Source: Pseudomonadales bacterium
Lineage (GTDB): Bacteria > Patescibacteriota > Microgenomatia > UBA1400 > PJMF01
Direction: 5' to 3'
DNA length: 64,000 bases
Assembly (NCBI GenBank): GCA_020632235.1
Contig: JACKFY010000001.1
Coordinates: 159,334-223,333 of the forward strand
Shown here: positions 1 to 9,989 of the stretch, in pieces
Layout: every line of letters starts with the position of its first letter
How positions within the stretch are numbered: position 1 is the first letter of the stretch
Program-made: the position numbers and the translations under genes
Notes under the pieces: model-generated
Seen by the model: the letters and a program-made list of their open reading frames with translations, nothing else
Told to the model about the DNA's origin: nothing
The model's database searches: none

Positions 1-2929
1 TCTTGATTACAATATCAACTAATCTGTTCAAGAACTTAGGAAAATCTTCAACTTGGATTCTATCCCTATATTCTTTCAGGATTAGTTCCTGAATCGTTTG
101 CTTGACACCTTTCAAGAACTCCTCTCTCTTTGATGAATTTTGCCAACCCTCATCAAGAACACTTTCCAGCCGTTTAGCTAAATCTCTAGAGAGTGAGATA
201 AGCACTTTCTGATCAGTTTCTGGTAAAAATTCCTGTGAGATAACGAGCAACCCATACTCTCTCAAGTTCAAACCCAACTCCCTTGCCTCATCTGATTTGC
301 TCTTAATGTCGTTCATTAAGTCGTAGTAGCGTTTGATTCTCTCTGAGAGGTCAATTTGATGTTGCTCAAACTCTTTACGAATAGCGGTCAATCTTTCACT
401 GAACTTCTGAAACACAGGGTTGGTGTCGATGTTAATGGAAATCTCCTGCTTGAGCATCTTCTCAAGGTTGAGAGCTTTCTCTTCATCATCCATTTTGTCT
501 AACCGTTCCAGAGTATAGATGTCGTTAATATTAAGCTCCCTGAAACTTTTGGTAATTCCTTCATAATCTAGATTCTCTTGGATTAATTTCTTGACCTTCT
601 GGCCATACTCGCCAAAGGTAGGAATACTACCATCTCTAAAAGCCTCCATGGCCAAGTTTTCTGGACGAAACTCGTTGATAAAGGCAATATAGACACTGGT
701 AGTCCATTCAAAAGTCCTGATGTACTGAGCCAAGAACGGATCAGGAGAGAGCACCTCAAACAACAATTTTAATCGGGAATATTTGTCAGTGAAGTATCGT
801 TGTTTACCTTCATTGTCTATAAAAATCTTGAGACAAGTTCTTAAATTTTCAATCGAAGGATCTTCTTGATTGATGCCAACAAAAATATCTTTAATCTCAC
901 CCAGTACTTCAAGAAATTCCTGCTTGAGATGATCCAAATCAATCATGGCTGAATCGATAATGCTCTCATCAAAATTCAGGGCATCGTAGAGATTTCTGGT
1001 AATTCCATAGTAGTCAATAATCTTTCCGCAACCCTTATTAGGATAGGTTCTGTTAGTTCTGGCGATTGCCTGTAAGAGATTATGATCTCGTAGTGGTTTA
1101 TCCAGGTACATAGCTTGCTCTATTGGAGCATCAAATCCTGTCAACAACATGTCACACACTAAGAGCAACTTGAGAGTACTATTAGGATCTTTGAATGATT
1201 CAATAATTCGTTCTCTTTGAGACTTGGTGGTGTTATATTTTCTGAGGTGCTCTTTGTCTAAATTAGGGTCGCCAGAAGAATAAACCACCTCTGACCATTC
1301 AGGAGAAATTAATTCATCAAACAACTCTTTATACCTAGCCGTTGATTCTCTGTCATAACAGACTACTTGTGCCTTAAAACCATTCGGCTCGATATAAAGT
1401 CGATAATGATCCACAATATCCTGAGCAACTGCTCGCATTCGCTTGTCTAGCTTGATTAGGGCTTCTTTTTTACCAAACCGTTTCATTACCAGTTGCTTTT
1501 GCTCTTCAGATAACTCTGTGGTCATTTCGTCAAACTGTTGGTCAACCCGATCCTCATCTATAAAAAACTTAGATAACCTAGCCTCATATGTTACAGGTAG
1601 AGTTGCGCCATCATCGATGGCTTGCTGAATGGAGTAATAGTCAAGATATCTTTCACCCTCTTGACCAAAGTTCCTGTGAGTATTGAGTGTAGTTTTGTCG
1701 ATTGGTGTGCCAGTAAAACCAAAGAAAAAGGCTTTTCCCATAGAGTCGCGCAACTTAATCGCGGCCACGCCTTCGTTAGTTCTGTGTGCTTCATCGGAAA
1801 GCACAATTACATTCTCATTCGGATTATCCAAACCGAGTGGTAGTTCATTGAACTTCTCAATGGTTGAGATAAAAATACCTCGTTCATCGTTAATGATTTT
1901 CTTCTCAAGATCACGCCTAGAAGTCACTCGAATAACGTTCTTACCTCCAGCGTTAGTGAAGGTGTCATAAATCTGGTCGTCAAGATCAATCCGATCTACC
2001 AAGACAAACACCTTCGGATTTTTCAATTCCTTAGAAAACCTCAGCTTCCAAGCAGTAAAAAACATGGTCAGTGACTTGCCAGATCCTTGAGTGTGCCAAA
2101 TTAAACCTCGTCTTTTCTCTCCATCCTGGACTCTCTCCAAAATTTTATTAGTAGCTCTGAGTTGTTGATAGCGAGCCATCTTTTTAATTCGTCCGTCTTT
2201 TGTCTGTTCAAACAAAATAAAGTTCTTGATGATATCCAGCAACCTCTCTTTGGAGAGTAATGCCACCAAGGTCATTTCAAGCTGCCCATCAAGTTTTTCC
2301 TCTAGCTCTTCATCCCGCCACTGCAAAAAATACTGCTCTGGAGCATAGGTTGTGCCGTAGACAGTCTTGAGCCCATCGGTGGCAATATTAAACATGTTTG
2401 GCCAAAAAAGCTTCATCGCTACTCGCTCATAACGCTTAATTTGACCTACTGCATTCTCATAACTGACACTAGTGGAAGCAGTGGGGCTTTTGGCTTCAAT
2501 ATCAACTACTGGAATACCGTTCAAGAAGATCATCACATCAGTTCTGATGTTTTCCAAATTACCTTCAAAATAAAACTGGTTGGTAACTACAAAGTGATTA
2601 TTTTCAATATTGTCATGATCCACCACCACATAATCTCTCATCTTGCCTGTTGCAGGATCTTTAATGTTGATTCCATTACGCAACAAATTCAAAAAACCTT
2701 CATTAGAATCAATCTTTTTTACTTCTCTCACCACACTTTGCACTTCAGTATCATCGGTCAAATTATTAATTCGCTTTATCGCTTCTACAAGGTGAGACGT
2801 AATTAAATACTGATTTTCAAGCTCACGCAGGAGCGCAAACTCATCCGATTTGATGTACTCATAACCAAGGGTTTCGGCTAAGAACTTAATAATGTGATTT
2901 TCGACTGTGTATTGTTCGTTAAATTTCAT
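1..2929 (-). CDS. hsdR: Type I restriction enzyme R subunit HsdR (C-terminus runs off window start)
   Basis: Minus-strand ORF with ATG at 2929-2927 and no stop in the window. The translation contains SF2 helicase motifs (GSGKS Walker A, VLSDEAHRT DEAH box, TGTP). It directly follows hsdM/hsdS in the same operon. Confidence 0.85.
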   Translation of the reverse strand, partial: MKFNEQYTVENHIIKFLAETLGYEYIKSDEFALLRELENQYLITSHLVEAIKRINNLTDDTEVQSVVREVKKIDSNEGFLNLLRNGINIKDPATGKMRDYVVVDHDNIENNHFVVTNQFYFEGNLENIRTDVMIFLNGIPVVDIEAKSPTASTSVSYENAVGQIKRYERVAMKLFWPNMFNIATDGLKTVYGTTYAPEQYFLQWRDEELEEKLDGQLEMTLVALLSKERLLDIIKNFILFEQTKDGRIKKMARYQQLRATNKILERVQDGEKRRGLIWHTQGSGKSLTMFFTAWKLRFSKELKNPKVFVLVDRIDLDDQIYDTFTNAGGKNVIRVTSRRDLEKKIINDERGIFISTIEKFNELPLGLDNPNENVIVLSDEAHRTNEGVAAIKLRDSMGKAFFFGFTGTPIDKTTLNTHRNFGQEGERYLDYYSIQQAIDDGATLPVTYEARLSKFFIDEDRVDQQFDEMTTELSEEQKQLVMKRFGKKEALIKLDKRMRAVAQDIVDHYRLYIEPNGFKAQVVCYDRESTARYKELFDELISPEWSEVVYSSGDPNLDKEHLRKYNTTKSQRERIIESFKDPNSTLKLLLVCDMLLTGFDAPIEQAMYLDKPLRDHNLLQAIARTNRTYPNKGCGKIIDYYGITRNLYDALNFDESIIDSAMIDLDHLKQEFLEVLGEIKDIFVGINQEDPSIENLRTCLKIFIDNEGKQRYFTDKYSRLKLLFEVLSPDPFLAQYIRTFEWTTSVYIAFINEFRPENLAMEAFRDGSIPTFGEYGQKVKKLIQENLDYEGITKSFRELNINDIYTLERLDKMDDEEKALNLEKMLKQEISINIDTNPVFQKFSERLTAIRKEFEQHQIDLSERIKRYYDLMNDIKSKSDEARELGLNLREYGLLVISQEFLPETDQKVLISLSRDLAKRLESVLDEGWQNSSKREEFLKGVKQTIQELILKEYRDRIQVEDFPKFLNRLVDIVIK

Positions 2930-2930
2930 A

Positions 2931-3701
2931 TTATTTTTGTTTTTCTTGTTTGACTTTTTGAATGCTAAACAACCTACTCGGATCATAAGAATTAGAATCG
3001 ATCCTGTACAATCCCTTTTTCGGATGTTTGACAAAGATTGTTCTTATTGGATTTGCAAAGTTATTCAAGTCTTGAAAATCAGAAACAACAGTTACTTTGT
3101 CTGCGAAAAACTCATTTATTCTATTAAAAATTTCCTCAGTTGTAGCAACTCTTTGAGATTTATATTCACTGTCATTGTATAAACGAATCGAGAACAACGA
3201 AATTGACGTTACTGACAGTGTGATGAAGAAAATAAATAATATGGAACCAATCCAAACAACTTGACTAAAATTTATTAATAGTACAAATGATATAAGCGAA
3301 AACAGTAAGAATAAAAACCCTAAATCAATTGCCGTCATGCTCTTTGGATACGCTGGCCACTGTACTGTAGCTTTGTATTTTTCTGCTTCTTCAATTCCTT
3401 TTTCGAGAATAAGCTTATTAATCTCGTCGTTAATTTGGTTTCGCTTTTTGTTGTACCCAACACTATCCCAAGGAAACAATATAAATGGATTGAGCAATCT
3501 GCTTCTCAAGACAAAAACTCCAAGTATTAATCCAATTGAAATAATAAGTGCGACCAAACTTGATGCCTTATATATTTCTTCATTGCCAGAAAAAAACACT
3601 ACAAAACTTTCATTCAAGGAATATTGAGAAATTGCCACGGCTACGGCAGCAATAAAACCAATATTTTGAAGCAAATCAGCTAAAAATGAGTTTTTGTTCA
3701 T
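2931..3701 (-). CDS. hypothetical membrane protein (about 4 TM helices) embedded in the RM operon
   Basis: 256-aa ORF with four hydrophobic helices. Its stop lies 2 nt from the hsdR start and its start 2 nt from the stop of the upstream gene. No recognisable family. Confidence 0.5.
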   Translation of the reverse strand: MNKNSFLADLLQNIGFIAAVAVAISQYSLNESFVVFFSGNEEIYKASSLVALIISIGLILGVFVLRSRLLNPFILFPWDSVGYNKKRNQINDEINKLILEKGIEEAEKYKATVQWPAYPKSMTAIDLGFLFLLFSLISFVLLINFSQVVWIGSILFIFFITLSVTSISLFSIRLYNDSEYKSQRVATTEEIFNRINEFFADKVTVVSDFQDLNNFANPIRTIFVKHPKKGLYRIDSNSYDPSRLFSIQKVKQEKQK

Positions 3702-3702
3702 A

Positions 3703-4548
3703 TTATTTTTTCCCTAACAGTTTTTTCATTTTGTCTGAAAAATTTTTTGCTTTGTCGCTTCTACTTCTGATTTCCTCAAGCAGATAAGTGAGAATAGCTT
3801 TTATTGTTTCTGCCAGATCCAGGCACTCCTCATCTGTTTTATCGTGGATTCCATCACTTAAGGCTGAATGTAAAGCCTTTAAAGGATTAAATCCATCTGG
3901 CTGAAGCGACGAGGGAAGCAAATCTTGAACAAGTTCAATTTTTTCCTCTGTAACCCTAGTTTTCTTAACTTTCTCTAATGCTGCCTGATACCTTGCTTTG
4001 TCTTCCTCATCGAGTAAATCAGTGATGGAGTTCAATAGCTCATCTATGACATTTTCAGTAATCCGTCTGAAATATGCATACGAACCGATACCATAACTTT
4101 GGGATTCGCAAACTAAACCTTTTTTGTACAGTCCGGCATCTTCACTCAACGCCTTTGCTAGGTTCTGATCGATATCGATTTCCCAAGGCGGAGTTTGGCC
4201 GATCTTCCATACGTAGCCAATATAATTATTTTCATCCGATTTACTCTTTCCAGTTTTTATAAACTCTAAAAAGAATTTGAACTCGTAACTGTTACAAGAT
4301 GAACAAATATATTTGACTCGAAAAGTACTCCCCCAAACATCAGTATTTCTTGCGGTAGATTGATTAGATGCATGAACTTCCCAATAGTTATTGTTATTAT
4401 TAAATGTCTGAACAGATTTGCAGACCTTGCAATACATATTAATTGCAGGTTGTCCAATATCAGTGATGGAATCAGCGTGATAAGGCAATTCCAGCAAGAG
4501 CTTCTTATACAGAGGATATGATTCTAAAAATTGTTTTGTGATTATCAT
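3703..4548 (-). CDS. hypothetical protein with Cys-pair zinc-ribbon-like N-terminal region and an alpha-helical C-terminus resembling DUF4145
   Basis: 281-aa ORF with CKVC...CSSC cysteine pairs. The C-terminal segment (ALHSALSDGIHD...TIKAILTYLLEEI) resembles the DUF4145 domain, which often accompanies Type I RM and abortive-infection loci. The assignment is from memory and not verified. Confidence 0.4.
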   Translation of the reverse strand: MIITKQFLESYPLYKKLLLELPYHADSITDIGQPAINMYCKVCKSVQTFNNNNNYWEVHASNQSTARNTDVWGSTFRVKYICSSCNSYEFKFFLEFIKTGKSKSDENNYIGYVWKIGQTPPWEIDIDQNLAKALSEDAGLYKKGLVCESQSYGIGSYAYFRRITENVIDELLNSITDLLDEEDKARYQAALEKVKKTRVTEEKIELVQDLLPSSLQPDGFNPLKALHSALSDGIHDKTDEECLDLAETIKAILTYLLEEIRSRSDKAKNFSDKMKKLLGKK

Positions 4549-4549
4549 A

Positions 4550-5710
4550 TTAATTTATAGTTACTTTCTGACTAAAAATATCTTGCATGAGGCCTTTTTT
4601 TAGAGATATTAGAGTGTTTTTTTGTTTAATCTCACTTTCTATTTTAATATCAAGTTTGCAAAGTATATCTGCTATTTTTTGTTGCTCATCTGAGGAAGGT
4701 TTTGGAACGTACAAATTCTTTATATGCTTTAGACTCAGGGTCTTTTGATTTGACCCCACAACCTGCTTAGCAACCTGCTCAGTGGGAATTGGAGACTGTA
4801 AAGCGTAATAGAGATATTTACCATTTATTAATGGAGATATTATTGCTGTGTTTTGTCCTAAACAAAACTGCTTCGTTGTTGCCACATAAGAAAATACACC
4901 AAAGGAACCTACTCTGCTTATGACGATGTCGCCTTGCGCTGGAACATGATTTTTTGTGAATAGGTCATAAACCTTTTTTTCAACTTTGATACAACTAGAC
5001 AGATCTAGGTCACCTTGCTTAATATCAATAACTCTAACCATTGGCAATCCATCACCTGAATACTTTGGTGTTTGATGCAGAGAATCCACGACCTTTGCCA
5101 CTAAACTAAGCATTTTTATTTCCCACTCCTCAGGAATTTCACCCAATTTTGTCTTCTTAAACTTCTTGTGTCCTATTCCTTTGGTCAACAACTCACTCAT
5201 CAAACCTTGCTTGAGCTTCTCAGTTTTTTGAATTATTTGATCAGTTTTCTCAATCGTTTCATCAATTGTAGATAAAATATCGGCAACTTTTGCCTGAATT
5301 TTTAATGATGGATTTAGTATTTTTATTTTGTTTAATGAAGCTTGATTTAACTTTCCCCTGGTTGTTCCAGAAATGTAATTTCTCAGATCTGAGTAATTGA
5401 GATAATTCATTACGAACTGGATATTGGCATTTTTTATTCTCAGAACATGAGCATGGTTATTTACCCAACTCTTACCGTTAATGATAAATGCCGTGTTGGC
5501 TCCACCTGACCAGTCAGCTCCATCTTCGCCAATAAGCAGCAATTCCTCATCAAATATGTAGTCATTAACATAGTCAACAATCCCCGTTGCGCCATAGTAG
5601 GGAATATCACCAGATTTCCTCTTTAACTTAGCAACAGGCACTCTTTTGCTATCTAAGTTTTCAGATATATCGCTTATTGTTGTTGTGGGCCATTTATTTG
5701 TCATATTCAT
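4550..5710 (-). CDS. hsdS: Type I restriction-modification specificity subunit HsdS
   Basis: 386 aa with two target-recognition-domain halves separated by a conserved central helical region (LKQGLMSELLTKG), which is typical HsdS architecture. Confidence 0.85.
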   Translation of the reverse strand: MNMTNKWPTTTISDISENLDSKRVPVAKLKRKSGDIPYYGATGIVDYVNDYIFDEELLLIGEDGADWSGGANTAFIINGKSWVNNHAHVLRIKNANIQFVMNYLNYSDLRNYISGTTRGKLNQASLNKIKILNPSLKIQAKVADILSTIDETIEKTDQIIQKTEKLKQGLMSELLTKGIGHKKFKKTKLGEIPEEWEIKMLSLVAKVVDSLHQTPKYSGDGLPMVRVIDIKQGDLDLSSCIKVEKKVYDLFTKNHVPAQGDIVISRVGSFGVFSYVATTKQFCLGQNTAIISPLINGKYLYYALQSPIPTEQVAKQVVGSNQKTLSLKHIKNLYVPKPSSDEQQKIADILCKLDIKIESEIKQKNTLISLKKGLMQDIFSQKVTIN

Positions 5711-6042
5711 TTCTTAAACAAACCAATTATTGAATCAAATCCGTACTTGATGGGAGCTAGTAATGCCTTTTCTGCTGATATAACTACCAACCTTGTTCTC
5801 CAGGGATAAGCTGCTCCACACTCATGACAGTTCCAAGGAACTTCTTTTTTAGTAAGATCCAAAACACTATCTGAATGGTACTTACCTCGAATTTTTGCTT
5901 GGCAAATCAAACATTTAGTAACTGTTTCACCACCACATTTATCACACCGCTTCTGCCTATGGTTTGGTGAAGAATCGTAGTAGGCGGTAATTTGATTACC
6001 GCACCTGCGACACACTTGCATCGTGTCGTAATAATTACTCAT
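5707..6042 (-). CDS. small zinc-ribbon protein (four CxxC motifs)
   Basis: 111 aa with CRRC...CDKC...CLIC...CHEC. It has 4-nt ATGA-type overlaps with both neighbouring genes, which suggests translational coupling inside the RM operon. Confidence 0.5.
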   Translation of the reverse strand: MSNYYDTMQVCRRCGNQITAYYDSSPNHRQKRCDKCGGETVTKCLICQAKIRGKYHSDSVLDLTKKEVPWNCHECGAAYPWRTRLVVISAEKALLAPIKYGFDSIIGLFKK

Positions 6043-6935
6043 TCTCCTAACTCCTTTCTCTTCTGCGGTACCAATTCCTCACCAGTCCCTATCATATCGG
6101 TGACATCACCGGCATGATCGCTGCCCTTGCCCAAGTAGTTACTCCCAGTTACTACTTTTCTTCCTGTCTCTTGTTCTAATTTCTTTCTGGCATCACCAGC
6201 AATATTACCGCCACGCTTGGCTACATGTTTGTTTTGGGTAAATCCTTGAGGGTGTTCTGATTTAGTAATCTCGGTGGTCGATGCTTCACCAAGCATGGAG
6301 AACAATAATTCTAAATCGCTCATGTGATCGCGCAGATTTTCTCGTTTGAGTCCTTTTACTTTCTTATGGGCAGAAGGAGTAATACCAAAGGCAGCCTTTG
6401 ATATTTCTGCCGTCAAGATCGCATATTCTTTCGATTCTTCAATACCATGCTTTTGCCATTCATCTGTGAGTTCTTCACGAATTGCGATCGAACGCATTCT
6501 TCTTTCGATCCATTCATCAGGATAGCCTTTTGCTTTGTATAAAGCTCTAGCTCTTTTTTGGGCAAGCTCGGGATCTTCAATTTCCTGAATTCGCTCATAG
6601 CCTACTTTTGCCAACCAACGTTTGAAGGGTTCTGCTTTGGGTGAAGGAACCGATTGAATAATACGAAAAATCCCCTCAGTATTGGCGCAGTTTACCTTTT
6701 GCTTACCTCCGGCTGTTTGTATCAAAAGGGGGGTGACAATTTGTCCATACCCTTTTGCCAACTCCTCATCACGCTTTCTCATTTTGCTGAGATAGTCTTT
6801 GGGATTGACGCTATCAGTTAGAGCCACAATGACATCTTCGACTACAAACCACCATTCATTTTTATGGATGGTTTTGCGGATCTCTTTTTTTCTAAAAATA
6901 GCAATTTTAGTCAATTCACTGATTTGTTTATTCAT
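6039..6935 (-). CDS. Bro-N/ORF6N-like (antirepressor/RhuM-like) DNA-binding domain protein
   Basis: The N-terminal segment EWWFVVEDVIVALTD...NPKDY...KRWLAKVGYERIQE matches the Bro-N-type fold found in phage antirepressors. The gene lies between hsdM and hsdS, a position where RhuM/Bro-like genes are known to occur. Confidence 0.5.
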   Translation of the reverse strand: MNKQISELTKIAIFRKKEIRKTIHKNEWWFVVEDVIVALTDSVNPKDYLSKMRKRDEELAKGYGQIVTPLLIQTAGGKQKVNCANTEGIFRIIQSVPSPKAEPFKRWLAKVGYERIQEIEDPELAQKRARALYKAKGYPDEWIERRMRSIAIREELTDEWQKHGIEESKEYAILTAEISKAAFGITPSAHKKVKGLKRENLRDHMSDLELLFSMLGEASTTEITKSEHPQGFTQNKHVAKRGGNIAGDARKKLEQETGRKVVTGSNYLGKGSDHAGDVTDMIGTGEELVPQKRKELGE

Positions 6936-8619
6936 AGCCTAGCTCCTTAATAAAACCTGTAACCTTTTTATCGATTTCGTCTCTTTCGGTTTCCAGCTGC
7001 TTAATTTCACCCCAAACCTGCTTAACATCAATCACTTCCTGCTCATCACTGGAATCGATGTAACGCCTGATGTTGAGATTAAAATCATTTTCTTCGAGTT
7101 CATCAGTATCAACCACGCGAGCGTATTTCTCCACGTTCTCATACTTGTCATAAGACGAAACAATCTTATCTATATCCTTCTTCCTTAGGGTATTTTGGTT
7201 TTTGCCTTCCGCATAGTCACGCTCAGCATCAACAATCAGAACCCTGCCTTTTTTATGTTCAGGCTTGTTCCTATTAAAAATTAAAATAGCTGCCGGGATG
7301 CCGGTACCATAGAACAACTTAGAAGGCAGAGCGATAACCGCTTCCAGGAGATCATTCTTGATGATCTGCTCACGGATCCGACCCTCGCTGCCTCCCCGGA
7401 ATAAAACTCCGTGGGGAAGAACCACGCCCGCCCTACCGTTGGCATTCATAGATTTCAAGATGTGGAGCACGAAAGCGTAATCGGCGTTTTTCTTTGGTGG
7501 TTGATCGTAACCCTCAGTACGACCATACTTATCGCTTTTAAATAGCTCAAATTCCCAGTCTTTGATGGAGTAAGGGGGATTAGCCACTACGATATCGAAT
7601 GTCTGTAGGTTGCCCATATTGGTCAAGAACTGGGGGTTGGCCAGCGTGTCGCCTCTCCTGATATCGGCGCTATCCAATCCATGCAAGAACATGTTGATCT
7701 TGGCGATGGCAAAAGTGCTGATGTTGATTTCCTGGCCATAGAGATAAAGAGTTCTAGCAATTTGCTCACCTGATTTATCCTTGAGATAGTTGTAGGCTTC
7801 AAGCAGGAAACCGCCAGAACCTACTGTAGGGTCATAGATGTGATCTTTTTGGTGAGGTTTAACAATACCAATAATGATTCGCTCAACTTCTCGAGGGGTA
7901 TAAAACTCTCCGCCCTTCTTGCCAGCATCAGCGGCGAACTGCTTGATCAGGTACTCATAAGCATCGCCAAGCAAATCCGAGCTTATGTAATTGCTGCCAA
8001 AGTTGTATTGGGAAAAATGGTTAACCAACCTCTGGAGTGTCTCATTAGGGAAGCGGTCTTTGTTGGCAAAATCCAGATCATCAAAAATCTTGTCCAGCTT
8101 AGGACTATTAACATTAGTAATCTTGTCAAAAACATCATTAAGCTTCTGCCCAATGCCCTCTGAAGTTTCGGCGATCACCTGCCAACTGCAATCTTTAGGT
8201 ACTTGAAAACGGTGATTGTAATCAGCGGCGGCCAGAGTCTTGTCGCCGTACTCACCCATTACACTCTGGTACTCCTCGTCCCAAACATCGCTTATCCGTT
8301 TATAAAACAGTAGTCCAAAGATATATTTCTTATAGTCAGAGCTGTCGATTTTACCTCTTAAGATATCTGCCGACTTCCATAAGAATTGCTCAAGCTGAGC
8401 TAAAGTGAGTTTACTACTCATTTCCTCTGCCAAAAGCTGGATGTCTTGCTTACGATATTTGCGGTCCTGTCTCGGCCCAACTCTAAGAGGAGTGAGTTTG
8501 CCAGCTTTCTCCCAATTTCTCAGGGTATCACGGTGGATTTTGAATAAATCAGCTACTTCCCCGATGGTTAGAAGGTCTGGTGTATCTTCAATAACTTTTT
8601 GAGTGATGCTTTTGCTCAT
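6928..8619 (-). CDS. hsdM: Type I RM N6-adenine DNA methyltransferase HsdM with N-terminal MerR/excisionase-type HTH extension
   Basis: The HsdM N-domain (LEQFLWKSADILRGKID) is present, together with an AdoMet-binding region and the VANPPYSIKDW motif IV. The first ~60 aa (LTIGEVADLFKIHRDTLRNWEKAGKL) form a MerR/Xis-like HTH. Confidence 0.9.
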   Translation of the reverse strand: MSKSITQKVIEDTPDLLTIGEVADLFKIHRDTLRNWEKAGKLTPLRVGPRQDRKYRKQDIQLLAEEMSSKLTLAQLEQFLWKSADILRGKIDSSDYKKYIFGLLFYKRISDVWDEEYQSVMGEYGDKTLAAADYNHRFQVPKDCSWQVIAETSEGIGQKLNDVFDKITNVNSPKLDKIFDDLDFANKDRFPNETLQRLVNHFSQYNFGSNYISSDLLGDAYEYLIKQFAADAGKKGGEFYTPREVERIIIGIVKPHQKDHIYDPTVGSGGFLLEAYNYLKDKSGEQIARTLYLYGQEINISTFAIAKINMFLHGLDSADIRRGDTLANPQFLTNMGNLQTFDIVVANPPYSIKDWEFELFKSDKYGRTEGYDQPPKKNADYAFVLHILKSMNANGRAGVVLPHGVLFRGGSEGRIREQIIKNDLLEAVIALPSKLFYGTGIPAAILIFNRNKPEHKKGRVLIVDAERDYAEGKNQNTLRKKDIDKIVSSYDKYENVEKYARVVDTDELEENDFNLNIRRYIDSSDEQEVIDVKQVWGEIKQLETERDEIDKKVTGFIKELGYE

Positions 8620-8689
8620 GCTCTCAATAATATCAGTATTTTAGAAAATGTCAATAAATATCTTTCATAGGTATTCATAGGTTTGATTG

Positions 8690-8745
8690 AAAAAACCAGT
8701 TGTTCGGAAATTCCGGACAACTGTACGATCTTTGCGTACAGTTGG
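8690..8745 (-). terminator. tandem hairpins followed by a T-tract on the minus strand, between the upstream gene and hsdM
   Basis: There is an imperfect 11-5-11 palindrome CAGTTGTTCGGAAATTCCGGACAACTG and a 10-bp-stem hairpin CAACTGTACG-ATCTTTG-CGTACAGTTG. On the minus strand they are followed by GGTTTTTT. This element could also be an operator for the HTH-HsdM. Confidence 0.4.
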
Positions 8746-9019
8746 TTCAACTCATTTCTTACCCCACAACAGCAGTAGTCAAGAATTCCTTGACAACTGG
8801 TGTCTACTCCACACCCATAAAAACGAGCACTGAGCTACTGTGGCCGCTTTTGTGGGGCGTTTGCTGCCTGGTTGGAGAAGTTATGCCTTACGAAACCTTC
8901 AAACCGCTTCTTGGGGACGTTGTGAAGAACGGAAAACCAAACGTTTTAATAGCCTAACCTGCATTTCGATAAACATCAGGAGTTTGAGAGCAATAAAGCG
9001 ATGTAGCTTTTTCATAAAA

Positions 9020-9922
9020 TTATCTGATAGCGGCTCTACTTACCGGTCCATCCAACTCATTGGAGAAGCTAATCAGCTGACCGCCACTAGTAAAGGCGAT
9101 GGAGATGCTTGGTGTTTCTGTGGATTCGTAGACCTTAATACAGGGAACCCCATTGCCGTTGTAATACAAGCCCTCAACGTCTTTATTTAAGTCCTCGCTA
9201 CAGGTTTCAAGCGGTGGGTTATGCTGGACAGTTTGGGCTTCGCCTCTCCAAATGAAGAAATAATTTACCCTACCGTTACCACCATCTTTCCTACCAGTTT
9301 CCAATGCCAGCTTACTCAGATCAATGTCGCCAATAGCTGAGGAGTGTTTGGCAATAAAGCTTCTGGCAAGTCGTTCGACTTCCTCCTGAGAGTAATTTGC
9401 CGAGTAATCATATTCTTTGCCTTCACTAAACCAACGGCTGCCATCGATTTTGTATCCCCAAGTCCCGGGAGTTTCTTCTACCTGCAGGACATGATTAGTT
9501 TCAGGATCCACAATAAAGTAAGTTAAACCAACTATATAAGTCTCACCTTTAGCGGGAATAAGCTTATCTTCTTCCAAGCTATAAAAAGCGTTACTACACT
9601 CATATTCCACTTCCACAGTTGGCATTTCCAGGAAATCACGAACAGAGGCAATAGCTTTCTCTCGCTCTTCCACCGGCCGCGCCGTCAGAGAACATAGCTT
9701 TTCTCTCAATTCCTTGGTGGCTTGAGCAGTATGGTCCCGATATTTAGGGTCGGTACTGAGCTTTTCGGTGATCTCTTTGATCTCCTGAACCCTTTGGTTC
9801 TCAGTTTGTTGAGTTCTATAAGACTGGTATTTTGAACGCGTCACATTAAGCCCAAAGTAAATCACCACCAGGAGCAAAATAACCAGAGCTAATCGTTGAA
9901 AATTTTTCATTGTCATATTCAT
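9020..9922 (-). CDS. hypothetical protein with N-terminal signal-anchor (secreted or membrane-anchored)
   Basis: 300-aa ORF with an N-terminal hydrophobic segment LALVILLLVVIYFGL. No recognisable family. Confidence 0.5.
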   Translation of the reverse strand: MNMTMKNFQRLALVILLLVVIYFGLNVTRSKYQSYRTQQTENQRVQEIKEITEKLSTDPKYRDHTAQATKELREKLCSLTARPVEEREKAIASVRDFLEMPTVEVEYECSNAFYSLEEDKLIPAKGETYIVGLTYFIVDPETNHVLQVEETPGTWGYKIDGSRWFSEGKEYDYSANYSQEEVERLARSFIAKHSSAIGDIDLSKLALETGRKDGGNGRVNYFFIWRGEAQTVQHNPPLETCSEDLNKDVEGLYYNGNGVPCIKVYESTETPSISIAFTSGGQLISFSNELDGPVSRAAIR

Positions 9923-9989
9923 AATTATCCTCCTTTCCTCAAGGTTTGCCGATGTTAGCTTCGTTAGCCATCGGTTGTCAAATCTTCTC

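Noticed and set aside
1443-1970. Plus-strand ORFs of 61-95 aa (1443-1628, 1622-1843, 1683-1970) and others up to 121 aa inside the hsdR region
   Set aside because: They lie antisense to, or out of frame within, a long minus-strand ORF with clear HsdR helicase motifs. Their sequences are low-complexity and have no recognisable domains.
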